Positions 41,547 through 48,006 of a DNA stretch of 64,000 nt are shown piece after piece. Both the position numbers and the translations under genes were made by a program. Each line of letters begins with the position of its first letter. The first letter of the stretch is position 1. The stretch comes from a virus (taxonomy: Duplodnaviria > Caudoviricetes). The notes beneath the pieces are model-generated. The model was given only the letters and a program-made list of their open reading frames with translations. It searched no databases and was not told where the DNA came from. Location: IMG/VR virus record IMGVR_UViG_3300028640_000004, positions 28,200 through 92,199 of that record, one strand, 5' to 3'.

Positions 41547-42224
41547 ATGACAATGACGACTGAACTAGTACCATTCTTTTTAGTGGAATCAAATGATTTC
41601 CATGATGCTTGGGTACAAGCTATCAGTAATGTACTGTATGCAGACTATGAAATAGAGTTCAATGGGAAGAAAGCTTATGATACGTGTCAAACTATCATTC
41701 TCAATCGGGCAGCCGTCATGCAAATTGAAAAATTTGAGATACACAAGCTGTTTCCGTTTAAGAAAGTCGCTCTATATGCGAGAGAATTCACGAGAGATTA
41801 TCTTGATGATTATATGTTTCTACCGAGAGATAGGCAATTTAGTTATCTCTATTTCGAAAGAATAGTAAACTATCATGGCTTTGATCAGATTAAAAGGATC
41901 AATGTAAATGATTGTACTAATAGAAACAATATAATCATATGGCAGGTTGAAGATCAACAGATCAAAGACCCTCCGTGTTTACAAAGAATCTGGTTAAGAA
42001 AAGCAGGTAGATATGTAGATGTCCATTTAAACTGGAGATCAAGAGATCTATTTGCAGCTTGGCAGGTTAATCTTATAGGCATAGTACATATGCTATATAG
42101 AGAAACACTTAGGCGGAATGGCCTAAGGATCGGAAGGATCATTGATCACAGCGATTCATTACACTTATATAGGCATTGGTTAAAAGATGCTGAAGGAGTT
42201 GAACATGATTCAAAAAAGGTTTAA
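41547..42224 (+). CDS. Thymidylate synthase ThyA-superfamily enzyme (short, archaeal-like)
   Basis: DPPCLQ, WRSRD, WQVN, DSLHLY. Confidence 0.85.
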   Translation: MTMTTELVPFFLVESNDFHDAWVQAISNVLYADYEIEFNGKKAYDTCQTIILNRAAVMQIEKFEIHKLFPFKKVALYAREFTRDYLDDYMFLPRDRQFSYLYFERIVNYHGFDQIKRINVNDCTNRNNIIIWQVEDQQIKDPPCLQRIWLRKAGRYVDVHLNWRSRDLFAAWQVNLIGIVHMLYRETLRRNGLRIGRIIDHSDSLHLYRHWLKDAEGVEHDSKKV

Positions 42225-42467
42225 TCCATATAGCGGACTACAAAATGTCCGCTCTATTCTTGAACTGACAGAAGAACAATCTTTCTATATCGAAGATAAT
42301 GGAGAGATCTTTCGGAGAAAACAAAATGGTGTACAAGATAGACGAAGTACCTAAATGTCAGAAAAGACTCAATGACTTTTTCGAACAATCAAAGTTATTT
42401 TATTTTATAACTGAAGACGTTAACGAGTTGGAAACCCAACTAGCAAAAAAGCATTACAAAACCACCT

Positions 42468-42707
42468 TTAATTAGGTGGTCTTTTTATTGCTAATACTAG
42501 CAATGCAATCCATCCAGATAGATTAAACATATTAGAAGTTGATGCTAACATCCATCCGTTTAAGAAATAAGCTGTTACGAATGTACTAGCAACAAGAACT
42601 TGTAATATGCAAGTGCTTCTGGCTGGTGGTTTACGCTGTACTATACTTGGTACTAAGGATACGAATAATACAAAGTTAGCAACTGCTATTATTATTTCAC
42701 TGTTCAT
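42468..42707 (-). CDS. Small three-TM membrane protein (PQ-loop-like)
   Basis: Start re-assigned to MNSEIII downstream of tRNA-Pro; SLVPSI motif. Confidence 0.5.
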   Translation of the reverse strand: MNSEIIIAVANFVLFVSLVPSIVQRKPPARSTCILQVLVASTFVTAYFLNGWMLASTSNMFNLSGWIALLVLAIKRPPN

Positions 42708-42709
42708 AG

Positions 42710-42780
42710 TCGGAATACCAGGAATCGAACCTGGGCCGCAGGTACCCAAGACCTGAATACTGCCGTAACACTTTATTCCG
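42710..42780 (-). tRNA. tRNA-Pro(TGG)
   Basis: CGGAATA/TATTCCG; CAGGT-CTTGGGT-ACCTG; CCAGG-TTCGATT-CCTGG. Confidence 0.9.
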
Positions 42781-42781
42781 G

Positions 42782-42890
42782 CATAGGAGGTAGGATTCGA
42801 ACCTACAAATCAATAAGGCATAGGAACTAAGACTTGCACTTAGATCAATCGTTTTGGAGACTGTTGCTTAGCCAATTAAGCTACTCCCAT
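42782..42890 (-). tRNA. tRNA-Trp(CCA)-like gene with degenerate anticodon stem and duplicated 3' half
   Basis: ATGGGAG, D-arm GCTT/AAGC, loop CTCCAAA; two tandem T-arm plus acceptor segments. Confidence 0.6.
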
Positions 42891-43004
42891 GTACTTCTTC
42901 AACTCTATCTTACACCATCTTTTCTTAGAATAATATAGACGGAAGTGTAATTTACTTCCTTTCCATTTCTTCATTCTTAATTTATTTCTATTTCGTTTAG
43001 TCAT
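42876..43004 (-). CDS. Small basic protein MTKRNRNK... (42 aa)
   Basis: Fills the gap in the RNA operon; K/R-rich. Confidence 0.3.
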   Translation of the reverse strand: MTKRNRNKLRMKKWKGSKLHFRLYYSKKRWCKIELKKYMGVA

Positions 43005-43091
43005 ATACACCATGTGGGTATCGCTAATCCACTCATCTACTAGAGACGCTACGAGCAGGTGACGCTGCGTAGTAATGCACCTAGGCATATG
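43001..43091 (-). ncRNA. Unidentified four-way-junction RNA between tRNA genes
   Basis: Three hairpins closed by a terminal stem; G-U pairs favour the minus strand. Confidence 0.45.
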
Positions 43092-43163
43092 CTTCAGATG
43101 ATGGGCTCGAACCACCGACATCCTCCTTAACAGGGAGGCGTTCTACCACTGAACTAATCTGAA
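43092..43163 (-). tRNA. tRNA-Asn(GTT)
   Basis: TTCAGAT/ATCTGAA; CCTCC-CTGTTAA-GGAGG; GGTTCGAG T-loop. Confidence 0.92.
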
Positions 43164-43169
43164 AGAATG

Positions 43170-43488
43170 TGGACATGATGGGATTGAACCCATGTCCAGT
43201 ATCTACTCATACAAGAATCTACATAGCATAGATTGTTTTAAGAAACAAACAAAAGATTTTCACTACTATACCTCCACCAGCTTTTTACAGCATGTGATCT
43301 TTTTATGATACCAACCTAATCGATCACTAACTAGGTCAGCACAACTTAAGCAGCTACTGTCTGAAATAAAGAATCAACAGTAACGTTAGTTGGAGCGAAA
43401 TGGTTGTTTACACCTATGGTTTCACCTTAAGGAAGTGAGCCTTGCTATGCACTTATACTCATATAATACTGTCGAAACTTACATGCCC
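43170..43488 (-). ncRNA. ssrA: tmRNA; tag (A)VNNHFAPTNVTVDSLFQTVAA
   Basis: 5' GGGCATG..TTCGAC; 3' GAC-ATGGG-TTCAAT-CCCAT-CATGTCC-A with G3-U70; tag frame 43411-43346 after ATAGGT, ending VAA-stop. Confidence 0.9.
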
Positions 43489-43516
43489 TTCAATACGAAG
43501 ATATCTTCGTATTTCA

Positions 43517-43551
43517 ATACTACATTAATATTAATAAGAAATCAAGTACCC
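43517..43551 (-). promoter_or_regulatory. Promoter of the tmRNA/tRNA operon
   Basis: GGGTAC-TTGATT-17-TAGTAT on minus; palindrome 43496-43509 just downstream. Confidence 0.7.
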
Positions 43552-43553
43552 AC

Positions 43554-43582
43554 TTGACTTTAGTGTTTAACTGGAATATAAT
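43554..43582 (+). promoter_or_regulatory. Divergent sigma70 promoter of the groEL operon
   Basis: TTGACT-17-TATAAT; ATG at 43589. Confidence 0.8.
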
Positions 43583-43588
43583 TAGTCT

Positions 43589-43759
43589 ATGGAAAAAAAG
43601 AAGTTTGAACCATCTCCTGTAATATATGAATTCAATTATACTTACAAGAGAATTAATAAAAAGAAAAAAAGGAAAGAACTTATATTCACGAACAAGTTAT
43701 TATATGGTAGAAACTATACCTTACTTAACTTTAGGTTTAAGGAATATCATGTAAATTAA
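43589..43759 (+). CDS. Small basic leaderless protein (56 aa, not in ORF track)
   Basis: MEKKKFEPSPVIYEF...; begins at the predicted transcription start. Confidence 0.45.
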   Translation: MEKKKFEPSPVIYEFNYTYKRINKKKKRKELIFTNKLLYGRNYTLLNFRFKEYHVN

Positions 43760-43765
43760 AATCTT

Positions 43766-45358
43766 ATGAGTAAAAAAGTTTATCATGGCCAAGAGGCTAG
43801 AGAAAAATTAAGGGAGGGGGTTAATATTCTTGCAGATTCAGTAGCAGCAACCATAGGTCCTAGAGGAAGGAACGCTGTACTAGACACTCCTTTCGGATCT
43901 CCTACTATTACTAACGATGGAGTATCTATTGCTAGTGATATAGACATAGAAGATAGGGCGGCTAACCTAGGATGTCGAATTATTAAGCAAGCGGCAGAGA
44001 AATCTAATGGAGAAGTTGGTGATGGAACTACAACAAGTACAGTAATTGCACAAACATTGATCAATACTGGACTAGATATGATTAATGAGGGTGCAGACCC
44101 ACTCACGATCAAGAGAGAGTTAGATAAAGGACTACCAATAATACAGGAATACCTAAAGAATAGAGCAAAACCAGTGGAATCTTATGAAGATACCCTAAAC
44201 ATTGCTACTATTTCTGCAGAATCCAGGGAACTTGGTACCATTATCGCTAATATTATCAAGGAAGTTGGTAAGGATGGTGTAATTACAGTAGAAGACTCAC
44301 CATTTACTGAGACAACCACTGATACATTAGAAGGATTTCAGTTTAATCGAGGGTATATGTCACCATATTTCGTAACTTCTATAGAAGATATGACAGCAGA
44401 ACTTATAGATGCATATGTTTTGGTGATAGATAAGAAGATAAATGAATTCCAAGAGATTTCTAAGGCGCTTCAAGCATGTATCGCGAACAATTGCAATAAA
44501 GTTTTAGTAATGTGTCACGATGCAACAGAAGAAGTGATAGCAACCACCATATTAAACAACCAAAAGAATGGATTTAAGATAGTGTTAGTCAAGAATCCTA
44601 CTATGGGAAAGAATAGAAACGATGTACTTGATGATATTGCTATACTTACAGGTGGAAAGTTACTATCAGAGGCGAATGGAATCTCTTTATCTAAAGTAGT
44701 AGACGTAGAAAACTTCGGAAAAGCTAAAAGAATCATAGTTACTAGTGATACTACCACAATTATAGACGGCCAAGGCAACAAGGACGCTATTGAAAATAGG
44801 ATAAAGGAGCTTGAAACTGTATATAACAACGATAAAAAACTACAAATTACCATAGCCGGACAAGAAATGAAGCAAAGGATTGGTAGATTAAGAGGTAAAG
44901 TTGGAGTTATAAAGGTCGGAGGAGCTACTCAAGTAGAGCAAATAGCTATAAGGCATAAGGTAGATGATGCATTAGCCGCAACTAAGGCCTCATTAGCCGA
45001 AGGAGTTGTACCTGGAGGTGGTATTACACTACTAGATTGTGCAAGACACGTGGATAAACTAGCAGAATCTGGGGAAAAAGGTGAAGGATTTAGACTTTTA
45101 GCCACAGCACTAGAGACTCCTATAAGAAAAATATGTGAAAATGCTGGAGTTAGTGCAGATGAAGTGATCAGTTATCTAGAAAAACAGGATAAAGATGTGG
45201 GGTTTAATGCACTTACATTGCAATATGAAAACTTTATAGAAAAAGGAATCATAGATCCAGTTAAAGTTACACGAATGGCAGTAGAAAGTGCGATCTCTGT
45301 GTCCGGAATCTTATTAACAACAGAAAGTTTAGTAGTAAATATTAATAATAAAGAATAA
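43766..45358 (+). CDS. groEL: Chaperonin GroEL
   Basis: TIGPRGRN, ITNDGVSIA, GDGTTTS, GVVPGGG, GIIDPVKV; lacks the GGM tail. Confidence 0.97.
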   Translation: MSKKVYHGQEAREKLREGVNILADSVAATIGPRGRNAVLDTPFGSPTITNDGVSIASDIDIEDRAANLGCRIIKQAAEKSNGEVGDGTTTSTVIAQTLINTGLDMINEGADPLTIKRELDKGLPIIQEYLKNRAKPVESYEDTLNIATISAESRELGTIIANIIKEVGKDGVITVEDSPFTETTTDTLEGFQFNRGYMSPYFVTSIEDMTAELIDAYVLVIDKKINEFQEISKALQACIANNCNKVLVMCHDATEEVIATTILNNQKNGFKIVLVKNPTMGKNRNDVLDDIAILTGGKLLSEANGISLSKVVDVENFGKAKRIIVTSDTTTIIDGQGNKDAIENRIKELETVYNNDKKLQITIAGQEMKQRIGRLRGKVGVIKVGGATQVEQIAIRHKVDDALAATKASLAEGVVPGGGITLLDCARHVDKLAESGEKGEGFRLLATALETPIRKICENAGVSADEVISYLEKQDKDVGFNALTLQYENFIEKGIIDPVKVTRMAVESAISVSGILLTTESLVVNINNKE

Positions 45359-45362
45359 AAAC

Positions 45363-45616
45363 ATGTTAGAAGAACTAACCACTCCTCCAAGAGAATTAAC
45401 TTTTGGAGAAAGAGCAGTAGGATTAACATTTAATCCTGGTAATAATCCAGAGGTAGATAAAGCAAAGAAGATTATGGCCAATGCTATTAATCAAATGCAT
45501 GAATTAAGAGAGGGGCTTCCACCACATGAAAGAGGTAGACTATAGCAAGTATTGCAATTACAGAATTGCAGTCAGCTCAAATGTGGATGGTTAAAGCATT
45601 AACATGGAAAGATTAA
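45363..45616 (+). pseudogene. Acb2/Tad1-like hairpin sponge protein, frameshifted at ~45543
   Basis: GLTFNP..NPEVDKAK...RL then, in a shifted frame, ASIAITELQSAQMWMVKALTWKD. Confidence 0.6.
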
Positions 45617-45635
45617 TAATTTAATATAAAATAAT

Positions 45636-45860
45636 ATGAGTTTTTCAGAAGCATTAAAGAGACTTAAAACAAAAGAAGGTTATAAGACTGCAAGAAAAGG
45701 ATGGAATGGGCAAGGTATGTACATTGCTCTCCAGACTCCAGATAAGAAAAGTAAAATGGGAGCACCTTATCTGTACATGTATACAGCAGACAAGATCATG
45801 GTTCCATGGTCAGCAAGTCAGACTTGCTTATTAGCAGATGATTGGTATGAAGTTAAATAA
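45636..45860 (+). CDS. DUF2829 / Tad2-like anti-defence sponge protein
   Basis: MSFSEAL..LK..G.K.ARKGWNG.GMYI...PYL...VPW.ASQT.LLADDW. Confidence 0.8.
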   Translation: MSFSEALKRLKTKEGYKTARKGWNGQGMYIALQTPDKKSKMGAPYLYMYTADKIMVPWSASQTCLLADDWYEVK

Positions 45861-46041
45861 TATGCCAGGCCAACCATGTGAATGTAATAACAAGCAAGAG
45901 CCACAGAAAGTTAGGGTGGAGGTAGACTTTAAGTTAGTATGGGGAATTATGTGGAGATGGATAATATTGATCTTTGCATTATACATTATCGCAATTGTTC
46001 TTGCTGGAATAATGATCGGTATCTCAAGTTTAATTAACTAG
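45838..46041 (+). CDS. Small membrane protein
   Basis: Hydrophobic C-terminal half. Confidence 0.45.
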   Translation: MIGMKLNNMPGQPCECNNKQEPQKVRVEVDFKLVWGIMWRWIILIFALYIIAIVLAGIMIGISSLIN

Positions 46042-46054
46042 ACGAAGGTATATA

Positions 46055-46140
46055 GCTAAGGTGGCGGAAATAGTAGACGCGTATACCCATGGTGGGGTAT
46101 ATGTCGAAAGACGTGTAGGGTGCAAATCCCTCTCTTAGCA
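46055..46140 (+). tRNA. tRNA-Leu-like body without a canonical anticodon loop
   Basis: GCTAAGG/TCTTAGC-A73, Leu-type D-arm, GAAA variable arm; anticodon arm TATACCC-ATGGTG-GGGTATA. Confidence 0.6.
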
Positions 46141-46143
46141 CTT

Positions 46144-46216
46144 GTCTAAGTAACCAAGTTGGTCACGGTGGGCGACTGAAAATCGTCATATCTCTGTTCG
46201 ATTCAGAACTTAGACA
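46144..46216 (+). tRNA. tRNA-Phe(GAA)
   Basis: GTCTAAG/CTTAGAC; GGCGA-CTGAAAA-TCGTC; TTCGATT T-loop. Confidence 0.88.
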
Positions 46217-46221
46217 CAAGG

Positions 46222-46325
46222 ATAGTACCTATAACGTAGGAGGAAACACAGGTTCGAATCCTGTCTCCTAGAATACTAGGACGTAATACAGCTGGCGAGT
46301 ACTCCTCCTGTGTTATGGGTATTAT
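46222..46325 (+). ncRNA. Circularly permuted tRNA-like RNA (YrlA/Y-RNA-like topology)
   Basis: 23-bp terminal stem enclosing a T-arm, a loop-closed acceptor stem and a D-arm, in that order. Confidence 0.75.
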
Positions 46326-46343
46326 TTAAAACAAACAAACAAT

Positions 46344-46589
46344 ATGCATATAGAAGTAGTAGTTAATCTAAGCAAGAGAGTAATGGATCAGCTTATTAGA
46401 GCGATAGACGATTCATGTAAAAGGGTTATAATAGATGAGTGGACTATAGATATAGAGCTTGGAGATACTAGTCCTGAGAATATTTCTGCGTGGATGTCAG
46501 AAGAAAGGAAGCTAGAGTTCAAGAAACGTATGGATGAGCAGTTTCCTGAATATCAGTTCGAAGTTGTAAGTATAAAGTTAAATATATAA
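46344..46589 (+). CDS. Hypothetical protein
   Basis: 81-aa ORF with A-rich leader. Confidence 0.55.
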   Translation: MHIEVVVNLSKRVMDQLIRAIDDSCKRVIIDEWTIDIELGDTSPENISAWMSEERKLEFKKRMDEQFPEYQFEVVSIKLNI

Positions 46590-46613
46590 CTAAATTAATT
46601 AACACAATTAAGT

Positions 46614-47159
46614 ATGATTCTTTCAGACAAATCAATAGAAGTAGCAATCAAAGATAAGAGTATCGTAATAAAACCATTCGACAAGGAGTCTATCGGATCT
46701 GCCTCTTTAGATCTTTCTCTCGATAATGTAGTACTATACTATATAAAAGATAATAAGGTTATTGATACTAAGAATGTAGAGAAGACCTGTACCTTAAGTA
46801 GGATAGAGTTTACTGATGAAGAGCAGATCATACTGCAACCAGGTCAATTCATTCTAGGCGCTACTAATGAAGAGGTTGAGTTACCTAATGATATTGCTGC
46901 TAGGATAGATGGTAGATCTAGCTTAGGAAGATTAGGATTAGCTATTCACTCTACAGCTGGACATATAGACCCAGGATTCAAAGGTAAGATCGTATTAGAA
47001 ATGAGCAATGTAGGAATCAAACCAATCGCTCTATATCCTAAGATGAAAATCTGTCAGTTGGTATTTGAGAAGTTAGATATACCTACTACTAATCCTTATA
47101 ACAAGAAGAAAGGTGCGAAGTATATTAATGTTAAGGAAGTAGAAGGTAGTAAGTTGTAA
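46614..47159 (+). CDS. dcd: dCTP deaminase
   Basis: MILSD, ASLDL, GRSSLGRLGL..H.TAG.IDPGFKG.I.LE. Confidence 0.93.
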   Translation: MILSDKSIEVAIKDKSIVIKPFDKESIGSASLDLSLDNVVLYYIKDNKVIDTKNVEKTCTLSRIEFTDEEQIILQPGQFILGATNEEVELPNDIAARIDGRSSLGRLGLAIHSTAGHIDPGFKGKIVLEMSNVGIKPIALYPKMKICQLVFEKLDIPTTNPYNKKKGAKYINVKEVEGSKL

Positions 47160-47180
47160 GCCACATTAGTGGCATTTCTT

Positions 47181-47344
47181 GGGGGGGAGTGAACTTGCAC
47201 AGAACAAGTCGACATTGGATTTGCTAATAATCTTAAGCTCTTATATAGTAAGCTTCTAGTGTCAGTGAACGTAAGGTAAGCGGATTATACTTAAGATATA
47301 TCCGAAAGAATAACGTTTAGGTGGCTCGAAGCCATACCCTCCCA
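47181..47344 (+). ncRNA. Oversized (164-nt) tRNA-like cloverleaf
   Basis: GGGGGGG/CCCTCCC-A acceptor, T-like arm GTGG-CTCGAAG-CCAT, two long internal arms. Confidence 0.6.
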
Positions 47345-47353
47345 CATTTATAT

Positions 47354-47425
47354 TTCAAGATCGTCTAATCGGCAGGACCAGAGCCTTTGAAGCTCTTAAT
47401 CTTGGTTCGAATCCAAGTCTCGAAA
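47354..47425 (+). tRNA. tRNA-Gln(TTG)
   Basis: AGAGC-CTTTGAA-GCTCT; CTTGG-TTCGAAT-CCAAG; one acceptor mismatch. Confidence 0.88.
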
Positions 47426-47437
47426 CAAAACAAACCT

Positions 47438-47519
47438 GGTGGCTTGCCAGATAAGATAATGGACCTGACTGTAAATCAGACGTCTTCGGACTTAGTAGGA
47501 GCGTTACCTACAGCCACCA
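47438..47519 (+). tRNA. tRNA-Tyr(GTA) with atypical T-loop
   Basis: GGTGGCT/AGCCACC-A; CTGTAAA loop; TTCG variable arm; T-loop AGCGTTA. Confidence 0.85.
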
Positions 47520-47700
47520 CATCAAGATAAGACCTCTTCTATATAGGTATATATTACTATAAAGATAACTATTACTACAAAGAATAAATCTGCTATTTTC
47601 ATATGATTTAAGTATGACATACTGAGCTTATCTGCCAATTAAGTTATCCACACGAAGACATCTTCGTAAGAAAGTGTTGTTCAAAGAAGACATCTCGCAG

Positions 47701-47820
47701 TTGACGACTGATATAGTTGTGAATTATAATTAAGACAAAAGCAGGGTTATATTTACTATGCGTCCGTCTACAACGCATTAACCTTCTCGTTCGGGGGTGA
47801 TATAAGATCTGCTTTTTTTG
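47701..47820 (+). ncRNA. Promoter-driven three-way-junction small RNA ending in a terminator
   Basis: TTGACG-18-TATAAT; AAAAGCAG...CTGC-TTTTTTT enclosing two hairpins. Confidence 0.55.
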
Positions 47821-47824
47821 TTAG

Positions 47825-47971
47825 GGGTACTTGACTTTTATCCTATTAGGTGCTATATAATAGATAAGATATTTAGCCAATGGACATAACTAAATATTTT
47901 AACAAAGAACGGTTCGTATAGTATCTTCGGATACAACCTGTCCAGGTGGCTAATATACGGGCCGTTTTTTG
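47825..47971 (+). promoter_or_regulatory. C4/CI-like antisense-attenuator leader with a 13-aa uORF (47880-47921)
   Basis: GGGTACTTGACT promoter; TTAGCC-AA-TGGACA complementary to loop TGTCCA and bulge GGCTAA of the downstream terminator structure. Confidence 0.65.
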
Positions 47972-48006
47972 TATAAATAATAATAAATAATAATAAATAA
48001 TAAACA

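Noticed and set aside
43001-43091. Selenocysteine tRNA (TCA in one loop)
   Set aside because: The loop is CGTCAC (6 nt) without U33/A37 context, and there is no canonical T-arm
42708-43121. 5' extensions of minus-strand ORFs 42468-42749 and 42876-43121
   Set aside because: They run through tRNA-Pro, tRNA-Asn and the structured RNA; downstream ATGs are more plausible
37380-45358. Bacterial chromosome origin of the window (recA, groES, groEL, tmRNA)
   Set aside because: These genes are embedded among phage-type small ORFs, groES and groEL are separated, and no other housekeeping operons are present
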